Shown in pieces: positions 30,426 through 38,270 of a stretch of 64,000 nucleotides of DNA (within the stretch, counting starts at the first letter, position 1; every line of letters starts with the position of its first letter). Source of the DNA: Christensenella sp. UBA6094. GTDB taxonomy: Bacteria > Bacillota > Clostridia > Christensenellales > UBA6094. A model generated the notes under the pieces. It was not told the origin of the DNA. It saw only the letters and a list, made by a program, of their open reading frames with translations, and ran no database searches. The position numbers and the translations under genes were made by a program. The stretch lies in contig DIWY01000003.1 of assembly GCA_002435915.1 (NCBI GenBank), positions 639 through 64,638 of the forward strand, given 5' to 3'.

Positions 30426-31706
30426 TTGATCATATATGTAGTTAAACCCGGTGACACCATCTACGCCATTGCGCGTAGATACGGAATGAGTCCAGGGAAG
30501 ATAATAACCGATAATGGGCTAACAAACCCAGGTAATCTTGTAGTAGGTCAGACACTTGTCCTAATGACTGACACGATTCCTCATACAGTCAAAAAAGGAG
30601 ATACTCTGTATTCAATTGCACGCGCTAATGGAGTTACTCTAGCACAAATAAAGGCCGCGAATCCACAGATAAGAAGTCCTTTCAGAATAAGTATAGGTCA
30701 AGTAATTAACGTTCCGGTTCCTACTAAAAAATATGGTACTATCGATGTTAATGGCTATGCTTTTCCAGGTATCAATAGAGATGTTTTAAGCAAAACCCTG
30801 CCTTATCTAACATATTTAAGCATATTTAGCTATCAGGTGAAACCCGATGGCTCACTAACAACAATTAACGATACTCCATTAATTGAAATTGCCAGAAATG
30901 CTAAGGTTGCTCCCATGATGGTTATAACCAACATTGAGGAAGGTGCAAGCTTTTCAAATGATCTAGCACATACGATCCTGACAAATGCCCAGGTACAACA
31001 GACGCTTATTAATAATGTTATTAACACATTGGAAGCCAAAAACTATTATGGCTTAAACATAGATTTTGAGTATGTCAATCCTGAAGATGGCGATGATTAT
31101 GATCGTTTTTTGCAAACCATTAAAAATCGGCTAAACGCTTTGGGATATATTCTTACTACTTCACTTGCACCAAAAACAAGTGCAGATCAAATTGGTCTGT
31201 TATACCAAGCACATCATTATCCTGAACATGGTAGAATTGCGAACCATGTAATTTTAATGACTTACGAATGGGGCTATACTTATGGGCCACCTATGGCAGT
31301 AGCGCCAATAAATCAAGTAAGTCGTGTTCTAGATTATGCTGTTAAGGTTATTCCAAGTAAAAAAATCCTGATGGGTATGCCAAATTACGGATACAATTGG
31401 ACACTGCCATATAAGCAAGGAACTGCAGCGCGATCTGTTTCACCTGTAGGAGCTGTTAATCTTGCTGTACGTGAAGGCGTTGCCATTCAGTATGATACAC
31501 TCTCACAAGCGCCATTCTTTTATTACAAAGACGATACAGGCGCAAGGCATGTTGTATGGTTTGATGATGCACGCAGTATTCAGGCACGGCTGAAACTAGT
31601 AGACGCATACAAACTCGGAGGCGTGAGCTACTGGACAATTATGCAGTACACTCCACAAAACTGGCTAATACTAAGTTCAATGTATAATATTCGCAAAGTA
31701 TTATAA
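30426..31706 (+). CDS. LysM-LysM-GH18 peptidoglycan/cortex hydrolase (YaaH/SleL-like)
   Basis: TTG start. Two LysM repeats (VKPGDTIYAIARRYG and VKKGDTLYSIARANG). GH18 catalytic motif GLNIDFEYV. Confidence 0.88.
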   Translation: MIIYVVKPGDTIYAIARRYGMSPGKIITDNGLTNPGNLVVGQTLVLMTDTIPHTVKKGDTLYSIARANGVTLAQIKAANPQIRSPFRISIGQVINVPVPTKKYGTIDVNGYAFPGINRDVLSKTLPYLTYLSIFSYQVKPDGSLTTINDTPLIEIARNAKVAPMMVITNIEEGASFSNDLAHTILTNAQVQQTLINNVINTLEAKNYYGLNIDFEYVNPEDGDDYDRFLQTIKNRLNALGYILTTSLAPKTSADQIGLLYQAHHYPEHGRIANHVILMTYEWGYTYGPPMAVAPINQVSRVLDYAVKVIPSKKILMGMPNYGYNWTLPYKQGTAARSVSPVGAVNLAVREGVAIQYDTLSQAPFFYYKDDTGARHVVWFDDARSIQARLKLVDAYKLGGVSYWTIMQYTPQNWLILSSMYNIRKVL

Positions 31707-31740
31707 GGATTTAATCAAAAACAATAAAAACTACTAAAAA

Positions 31741-31768
31741 ATCTCTCGAGCTGTTGAGGGGTTTTTTA
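31741..31768 (+). terminator. Probable rho-independent terminator
   Basis: ATCTCTC / GAGGGGT stem (two G-U pairs) with an 8-nt loop, then TTTTTT. Confidence 0.55.
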
Positions 31769-31865
31769 TACATATAATTAAAATTACAATATAAATAATA
31801 GACATAAATAATAATTAATATTATATTATGGATATGCTAATAGTTTATGGAGAAGGGAATTTAAG

Positions 31866-32861
31866 ATGACAATTAATATTCAAATATTAGTTATCCTTAA
31901 AGAATATTATGGTATTGAAGCGACTAACATAGAACAGCAAATAGGTGGCTGGTCTGCATTGGCTTTTCTTATTAGAACTGAGAGCGAAAAGTATTTTTTG
32001 AAAGTCTACAGTAAAGATAGACCTTCAATTGCTCAGTGGATATATGCTATAGACAGATACGTTCCATTAGTTAAGTGGCTCCATAACAATACGATATTAA
32101 AAGACAATATTATAAACCCAATATATACGAAATTTAATAGTTATAAATGCGAAGATGACAAGTATGTATACGTACTCTTTGAGTATGTAGAAGGAGATAC
32201 AATCGGCGAAAATTCTTTAAATTATTATCAGATTAATGAATTAGCAAAAATAATAGGATTACTTCATGGGTCAACTTCAACGATCCCGTACGAATTAAAA
32301 GAACAATTTATTAATGAGAATTTTGATATAGAGTTTTGTGATCGATTAACTTCATTTATAGCCGATGATTTGTTTGCAAAAGAAGATGCCTTACTTTTTA
32401 CGGTAAAGCCATATATTGAATGTTTATCAGATTTGATTAATAGAATTAGCCAGTTATCTGATTCTTTAAAACATAAACCTACGCAGTTTGTTGTATGCCA
32501 TTCGGATGCACATAATTGGAATATCATTCAGAGTAATAGCTTAGTACTTATTGATTGGGAGTGCTTGAAATTAGCACTACCAGAGCAAGATCTAGTTTTA
32601 TTCGCCGCAGAGCCATATGCGATGCAGTTTCTATTTGAATACAAAAAATATGTGACATATAATGTGCCAAATATAGATGCCTTTGAGTTTTACTATATTA
32701 AGAGAAAGCTTGAAGATATTTGGGAATGGATTAAACAATTGCGGATTGAAGGACTCGTATTACCAGAAGATAAAACTTTAGAATTTATGAAATCAAACCT
32801 TCAGGATTGTGCGAAAATTGATTATTTTAGGTCGGATTTAGTAAAAATTTTTAATGGTTAG
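31866..32861 (+). CDS. Aminoglycoside/choline-kinase-type phosphotransferase (APH fold; CotS-like possible)
   Basis: Catalytic loop VCHSDAHNWNII and the LIDWE motif, typical of the phosphotransferase enzyme family. Very AT-rich (about 23% GC in one hand-counted 60-nt sample). Confidence 0.75.
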   Translation: MTINIQILVILKEYYGIEATNIEQQIGGWSALAFLIRTESEKYFLKVYSKDRPSIAQWIYAIDRYVPLVKWLHNNTILKDNIINPIYTKFNSYKCEDDKYVYVLFEYVEGDTIGENSLNYYQINELAKIIGLLHGSTSTIPYELKEQFINENFDIEFCDRLTSFIADDLFAKEDALLFTVKPYIECLSDLINRISQLSDSLKHKPTQFVVCHSDAHNWNIIQSNSLVLIDWECLKLALPEQDLVLFAAEPYAMQFLFEYKKYVTYNVPNIDAFEFYYIKRKLEDIWEWIKQLRIEGLVLPEDKTLEFMKSNLQDCAKIDYFRSDLVKIFNG

Positions 32862-32924
32862 CGCTAGCATAATCAGAAAATATAAAAATTACATTTTTTA
32901 AGAATTAATTATTAAGATTGTAGC

Positions 32925-33446
32925 TTACTCAATTTCAATTCCCATTTTAAAGAACTTTCCTTGTATGGTGCATAACAATGGATCAACTTTTGTTGCAATC
33001 ACTTGATCACTGGCTAAGCATTCCTCATCGGAGTACATTTCTACAACTTGACCAATAAACACGAACATATCTTTCGTATCAATAATCTTATATACTTTAC
33101 AATTCATATTCACAGGACATTCTGATATCATTGGAACATCATTTTCACCATAAAAAACATCAAATGTTTGAGATTTGTCCTTTTCTATTCCAGTGACATT
33201 TCCACAAAACTTTATTTTTTCTAATAGCTGCGAGTTAGGGATATTTATACTAAACGTATTAGCATTGTTAATCATTTTCGCTGTTAAATGGTTCTTTATA
33301 ACGGATATATATATTAATGGTGGTTCATTGCATAATTGCCCATACATACCATGTGTAGCAAAATTGATATTTTCATCGTTTTTTACAGCGACTAACACAA
33401 CGGGCATTGCGGCTACAAATGGCCTTGGAGATATTGATTTTTTCAT
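32925..33446 (-). CDS. Flavin reductase-like (FMN-binding split-barrel) protein
   Basis: 173 aa. PVVLVAV...FATHGMYGQ pattern typical of the flavin reductase-like domain. GCGAGGT RBS on the minus strand. Confidence 0.7.
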   Translation of the reverse strand: MKKSISPRPFVAAMPVVLVAVKNDENINFATHGMYGQLCNEPPLIYISVIKNHLTAKMINNANTFSINIPNSQLLEKIKFCGNVTGIEKDKSQTFDVFYGENDVPMISECPVNMNCKVYKIIDTKDMFVFIGQVVEMYSDEECLASDQVIATKVDPLLCTIQGKFFKMGIEIE

Positions 33447-33713
33447 AATTATACCTCGCTTATATTTTTTACACTTAAATTATAGTTTTATTTCGTCTCA
33501 TACTCAAGAGAATAAAAGTTTTTTAACATTATTACAAATAATATACAAATTTAGAGCAATCTAAATTAATTTTTTAAATTAGTTTGTTTAACTTAAAAAT
33601 ATATGTTAGATACTTATAACATTGTTAAATTTGCATTGCTTATTTATTTACTAAAGCATTATACTGATAACATTAGAATAGCTAAGAGCTAAAAATAATG
33701 GAGGCTATCATGC

Positions 33714-34820
33714 ATGGAAAAATCAAAAGTGTATTTTACGAATATGCACGCAACAGGCGAAGAAAATTTGCAGCAGAAGCTGAAACGGCTTATTAAGACA
33801 GCAGGAATTGATCAAATAGATTTTGACAATAAATATACAGCAATAAAAATTCATTTTGGAGAACCAGGTAATCTAGCTTATCTGCGCCCAAACTATGCTA
33901 AGACAGTAGTAGATGTTGTAAAAGAACTAGGTGGCAAACCTTTCCTAACTGACTGCAATACGTTGTATGTTGGTGGCAGAAAGAATGCGCTAGATCATTT
34001 GGATTCTGCTTATGTAAACGGATTTTCTCCATTTTCCACAGGCTGCCATGTAATTATTGCAGATGGACTTAAGGGCACTGATGAAGTACTTGTTCCAGTT
34101 GACAGCGGTGAGTACGTTAAAGAAGCTAAAATTGGGCACGCAATTATGGATGCAGATGTATTTATTACTCTTTCGCATTTTAAAGGACATGAACTAACTG
34201 GTTTTGGTGGCGCATTAAAAAATATTGGTATGGGCTGTGGCTCCAGAGCAGGTAAGATGGAAATGCACAGTAATGGCAAACCGAATGTTTCAAGTAGTCT
34301 CTGCATAGGCTGTGGCATCTGCGCTAACAATTGTGCGCACGACGCAATTACAATAACGGATCATAAAGCTAATATCGACCATAGCAAGTGTGTAGGTTGT
34401 GGGCGATGTATTGGCGTTTGCCCAATGGATGCCGTTAAGGCTGCATGGGATGAATCAAATGACATTCTAAATAAGAAAATTGCTGAGTACACTTGGGCAG
34501 TTCTTAATGGACGCCCAAACTTCCATATTAATCTTGTTATTGATGTTTCTCCATACTGTGACTGTCATTCGGAGAATGATGTACCAATTGTACCGGATGT
34601 AGGTATGTTCGCTTCTTTTGATCCAGTTGCGCTTGATGTTGCTTGTGCTGATGCAGTTAACCGCCAGCCTACAATTTCTGGTAGTCTTCTTGAGAAAAAC
34701 GGTCATGAGCATCATGATCATTTTATCGATGTAAGCCCGGAAACAGATTGGAAAGTCGCAATTGAACATGCAGTTAAGCTTAATTTGGGTAGCAAGGATT
34801 ATGAACTGATTACAATATAA
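33714..34820 (+). CDS. DUF362-domain protein with an inserted 2x[4Fe-4S] ferredoxin domain
   Basis: CIGCGICANNCAHD and CVGCGRCIGVCPMD cluster motifs. DUF362-like N-terminus (KVYFTNM..., IKIHFGEPGN). Confidence 0.8.
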   Translation: MEKSKVYFTNMHATGEENLQQKLKRLIKTAGIDQIDFDNKYTAIKIHFGEPGNLAYLRPNYAKTVVDVVKELGGKPFLTDCNTLYVGGRKNALDHLDSAYVNGFSPFSTGCHVIIADGLKGTDEVLVPVDSGEYVKEAKIGHAIMDADVFITLSHFKGHELTGFGGALKNIGMGCGSRAGKMEMHSNGKPNVSSSLCIGCGICANNCAHDAITITDHKANIDHSKCVGCGRCIGVCPMDAVKAAWDESNDILNKKIAEYTWAVLNGRPNFHINLVIDVSPYCDCHSENDVPIVPDVGMFASFDPVALDVACADAVNRQPTISGSLLEKNGHEHHDHFIDVSPETDWKVAIEHAVKLNLGSKDYELITI

Positions 34821-34934
34821 GTTCCCTTTAAAAAAGTATTATTACAGCAGGGTTTTGGCTTAAAATGGCACTATTGTAGATTTTAAAATGTATCTAATAC
34901 ATAAACATAATATAATTAATAGGAGGGTATTATT

Positions 34935-35444
34935 GTGGAGTTCAAGCAAGTCATTAAGGACAGAATAAGCATACGCAAATTCAAAAAACAACCTGTGGAG
35001 CAGGAGAAAATTGATGATCTATTAGCAACTATGGCAGTTGCACTATCCGCATCAAATCGCCAAAAATGGAGGTTTGTAGCTGTGACTGATGAAGCTATTT
35101 TAGCTAAATTAACTGTAGCGGCAGAAAGTCGCCCACCTGTTTCGGTCGCTCCACTTGTGTTTTGCATCTGTAGCACAGAAAATGAAGAAGTAAACGACTC
35201 TGGTTTAAATCGTGGGACTATTGATGGATCAATAGCATCTACTTACCTACATCTCGCTGCTGTGGATCTAGGATTGGGTGCTTGCTGGGTTGGCAGCTTT
35301 GACCAAAATCTTGCAGCAGAAGCCATTGGATTACCTGAATATGCAAAAATCATTTCGCTTTTTGCAGTAGGCTATGCGGACGAAAGTCCTGCAGCCCGTT
35401 CACGCAGACCTATTGAAGAGGTTATTGCTTATAACCATTTCTAG
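34935..35444 (+). CDS. Nitroreductase-family protein
   Basis: GTG start after AGGAGGG. RISIRKFKKQPV and SASNRQKWRF motifs typical of the nitroreductase fold. Confidence 0.85.
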   Translation: MEFKQVIKDRISIRKFKKQPVEQEKIDDLLATMAVALSASNRQKWRFVAVTDEAILAKLTVAAESRPPVSVAPLVFCICSTENEEVNDSGLNRGTIDGSIASTYLHLAAVDLGLGACWVGSFDQNLAAEAIGLPEYAKIISLFAVGYADESPAARSRRPIEEVIAYNHF

Positions 35445-35508
35445 TAATATCTGTATGATTTGGCATAATGTGCTTAGGTTTAGCAAAAAGCGTGTCGGGA
35501 GATTTAAT

Positions 35509-35724
35509 ATGGCTAAAAGAAAATGGACAAATGAAGAAGTACAAGAATTTATGAGCAAAAGCGGATCTATATTTTATTATAATAATGAAGATTCTAATTT
35601 TATCGTTTATAAAAAATATCGGTTTGGATTAACATTCAACTGGGCAAACCCTATTTCATGGGGTATAGTAATAGTTGTGCTTATAGCAATTGCTATATAT
35701 AAAATCAATATAAATAAGAGCTAG
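35509..35724 (+). CDS. Small membrane protein (71 aa), unknown function
   Basis: The track ORF starts at 35374 inside the nitroreductase gene. ATG 35509 after GGGAG gives MAKRKWTNEEV... with one C-terminal TM helix. Confidence 0.55.
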   Translation: MAKRKWTNEEVQEFMSKSGSIFYYNNEDSNFIVYKKYRFGLTFNWANPISWGIVIVVLIAIAIYKININKS

Positions 35725-35739
35725 CTAAACCTGTTTTTT

Positions 35740-35771
35740 AAAAGAAATCCTTTTTATAGGATTTCTTTTTT
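35740..35771 (+). terminator. Rho-independent terminator
   Basis: AAAAGAAATCC / GGATTTCTTTT 11-bp stem with loop TTTTTATA and a T-run. Confidence 0.88.
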
Positions 35772-35881
35772 ACTTATTCAATAAAATAATATAAAATAAA
35801 CGAGCAAAGGACAAAAAGAGGGTATATTAATAGTATACATTATATTAAAAGTAATATATTGCAAATAAGGAATGAAAAATA

Positions 35882-36103
35882 ATGGCAGATTTAAAATTCG
35901 AAATAATACAAAACATAGGTACGATATCAGAATCAGCAAAAGGCCGGGCTAAAGAACTAAATCTAATTAGTTGGAATGATAGAGAGCCTAAGTACGATAT
36001 CAGAGATTGGGATTCATCTCATGAAAAAATGGGCAAAGGTGTTACGCTAACTGCTGATGAACTTAAAAGCTTGAGAGAATTACTTAATGATGAAGAACTC
36101 TAG
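35882..36103 (+). CDS. YdbC-family PC4-like single-stranded nucleic-acid-binding protein (DUF2128)
   Basis: LKFEII...ISESAKGRAKELNLISWNDREPKYDIRDWDSSHEKMGKGVTLT closely matches the remembered YdbC pattern. Confidence 0.72.
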   Translation: MADLKFEIIQNIGTISESAKGRAKELNLISWNDREPKYDIRDWDSSHEKMGKGVTLTADELKSLRELLNDEEL

Positions 36104-36265
36104 ATGTTTAGAATGGTAATTTGCGTGTATAAACAATATGAAAATAAGAACCCAATGATTAAAATTGACGGTTTTTTGCTCATATAAGTGAAATATGTTG
36201 GATTTATTATATACATGCTTTATAATAGAACAGGTGTAAAAAAATTTTGGAGTTGAAACTAATAT

Positions 36266-37027
36266 ATGCTAGAGATGATTAATGTTGATGTCACCTTAGA
36301 TGGCGACAGTGGTGATAATGGTCAGGTACAAGTTTTAAAGAATATAAACTTGACCTTAGAAAATAAAAAGATTTATGTAATGACTGGTCCAAACGGTGGA
36401 GGAAAGTCTTCAATAGCAAAAGCTATTATGGGGATTTATCATCCAACAAAAGGTAAGATACTTTTGGATGGTAAGGATATTACAGATAAGGGAATATCAG
36501 AGCGTGCCCAGCTAGGTGTAGGGTATGCTTTTCAGCAACCACCGCGTTTTAAAGGACTAAAAGTTAAAGAGCTTTTGAAGCTGGCTGCTGGATCCAATGA
36601 TGTCAACCAGTGTGATTTGCTTTATGATGTTGGACTATGCGCTCAGGACTATCTAGAGCGTGATATAAACTCAAGCTTTTCAGGTGGAGAGCTAAAAAGA
36701 ATCGAAATTGCTAGTATTCTTGCGCGCAATCTAAAAATAGCTGTTTTTGATGAACCAGAAGCAGGAATAGATCTATGGAGCTTCCAAAGATTATCAGAAA
36801 CTTTTGAAAACATGAACGAAAAATACGATACAACTATAGTAATTATTTCGCATCAAGAGCGTATTTTAAGATTGGCTGATCAAGTAATTTTGGTTGCTAA
36901 TGGCGAAATCAGTGAAATAACAAGCAAACAGAAAATTCTAAAAGATATTGAGCGCTTAGATTCTGAGTGCCTATGCAAAGAAGACTGTAATAGAGGAGGA
37001 AGAGTAAATGTTGAATGCAGTAGATAA
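36266..37027 (+). CDS. SufC-like ABC ATPase with a Cys-rich C-terminal tail
   Basis: Walker A GPNGGGKSS, signature FSGGELKR, Walker B AVFDEPEAGID, H-loop SHQ. Tail is ECLCKEDCNRGGRVNVECSR. Confidence 0.82.
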   Translation: MLEMINVDVTLDGDSGDNGQVQVLKNINLTLENKKIYVMTGPNGGGKSSIAKAIMGIYHPTKGKILLDGKDITDKGISERAQLGVGYAFQQPPRFKGLKVKELLKLAAGSNDVNQCDLLYDVGLCAQDYLERDINSSFSGGELKRIEIASILARNLKIAVFDEPEAGIDLWSFQRLSETFENMNEKYDTTIVIISHQERILRLADQVILVANGEISEITSKQKILKDIERLDSECLCKEDCNRGGRVNVECSR

Positions 37028-37925
37028 AAATCTTTTAGAGCAAGTTGCAGATTTACATAAAATTCCTCAAGGCGCTTACAACATCCGTAAAAACGGACAA
37101 GGTGTCGGCCGTAATACTACAGCTAATATAGATATTGTAACTAAAGGAGATAAACCTGGTATTGATATCATTATAAAACCTGGTACTAAGGGAGAAAGTG
37201 TACATATTCCTGTTATTCTATCTGAAACTATGAATGATATGGTTTATAATACATTCGAAATCGGCGAGGATTCTGACGTAGTAATCGTTGCTGGTTGCGG
37301 TATACATAACATGAGTAGCGAAAAATCTCAGCATGATGGCGTTCATGAGTTCTTCGTGCGTAAAGGTGCACATGTTAAATACATAGAAAAGCACTATGGC
37401 GAAGGCGATGGCAGCGGAGCAAGAGTTCTAAACCCAAAAACAATTATCGAAGTTGAAGAAGATGGTGTTGCAGAGCTCGAAATGATTCAGATAAAAGGCG
37501 TAGACAGGACAATACGAGATACAGAAGTGAAGCTTCATAAAAATGCTCGACTGATTGTTTCTGAAAGACTGCTTACATATTTGGATCAAACTGCTGAATC
37601 TAATATAACGGTTGAATTGCTTGGAGAAGATTCTTCAGCCCAAATTATTTCGCGATCTGTGGCTCAGAACGATTCAAAGCAGGTTTTCCATTTGAATATG
37701 CGTGGCTTTGCAAAATGCCGTGGCCATATCCAGTGCGATTCAATCATTATGCATAACGCTCAGGTGTCATCTATACCTGAAATTACTGCATTCCATTCAG
37801 ATGCTGAGCTAATACATGAAGCGGCAATCGGTAAAATCGCCTCTGAACAGCTCATTAAGCTGATGTCACTTGGACTATCTGAAACAGAAGCAGAAAATAC
37901 AGTGCTAAAAGGCTTTTTGAAGTAA
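37008..37925 (+). CDS. SufB/SufD-family protein (short, 305 aa)
   Basis: Beta-helix-type SufBD core (HxGxxxSxxxxKGV-like, ...FHSDAELIHEAAIGKI...EQLIKLMSLGLSETEA). Overlaps the sufC-like gene by 20 nt. Confidence 0.8.
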   Translation: MLNAVDKNLLEQVADLHKIPQGAYNIRKNGQGVGRNTTANIDIVTKGDKPGIDIIIKPGTKGESVHIPVILSETMNDMVYNTFEIGEDSDVVIVAGCGIHNMSSEKSQHDGVHEFFVRKGAHVKYIEKHYGEGDGSGARVLNPKTIIEVEEDGVAELEMIQIKGVDRTIRDTEVKLHKNARLIVSERLLTYLDQTAESNITVELLGEDSSAQIISRSVAQNDSKQVFHLNMRGFAKCRGHIQCDSIIMHNAQVSSIPEITAFHSDAELIHEAAIGKIASEQLIKLMSLGLSETEAENTVLKGFLK

Positions 37926-37949
37926 GCGTCTAAAAAATTAATAAGTATT

Positions 37950-37988
37950 AAAACTATCAAGCATTTGTTTGATAGTTTTTGTTTTTTT
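37950..37988 (+). terminator. Rho-independent terminator
   Basis: AAAACTATCAA / TTGATAGTTTT 11-bp stem, then TGTTTTTTT. Confidence 0.85.
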
Positions 37989-38270
37989 AAAACTACTCTA
38001 GCCTAAACGAAAACAGTGATAGAAAATATTAATTCTTTTTTTGGGAATACTATTTTAGATCATTTATATGATATTTAGTATAATTATCGACAAATTTCTT
38101 ATTTATTTGTTTGATGTAATGAATAATACGTTATTAATTTAGTAGTATTAAATTTGGGTTTACAAGTAAAAGCAAGACATTTAGGGCTTTTGCATTTGTC
38201 TTGTATCCAACTGAAATATAGTTTGTTAACAATAAAAATTAAATTAGATAATGATATAAGGAGAGTAAAT

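Noticed and set aside
33175-33564. 129-aa plus-strand ORF. Small out-of-frame ORFs also occur at 27232-27429, 55040-55357, 53029-53214, 8489-8674 and 46476-46740.
   Set aside because: They overlap better-supported genes on the same or the opposite strand, lack an RBS, and have implausible composition.
33447-33713. Searched intergenic regions for Rex operators (TTGTTAA-N4-TTAACAA type), including TTGTTAAATTTGCATTGC near 33617, TTGACAAGATTTAACAA near 20021 and TTGTTAACAA near 38223.
   Set aside because: In each case only one half-site matches or the spacing is wrong. Nothing was convincing enough to report without a position-weight-matrix scan.
38154-38270. N-terminal extensions in the ORF track. 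Examples: 38154 for the CoADR fusion, 41871 glmM, 20049 EamA, 24404 GntR, 26559 SGNH, 54004 DUF362, 57351 pgk, 59373 gpmI, 35374 the small membrane protein, 18945 rplM.
   Set aside because: In each case an internal ATG, GTG or TTG with a proper GGAGG-type RBS gives the canonical family N-terminus. The extension runs through promoter or terminator sequence or through the preceding gene.
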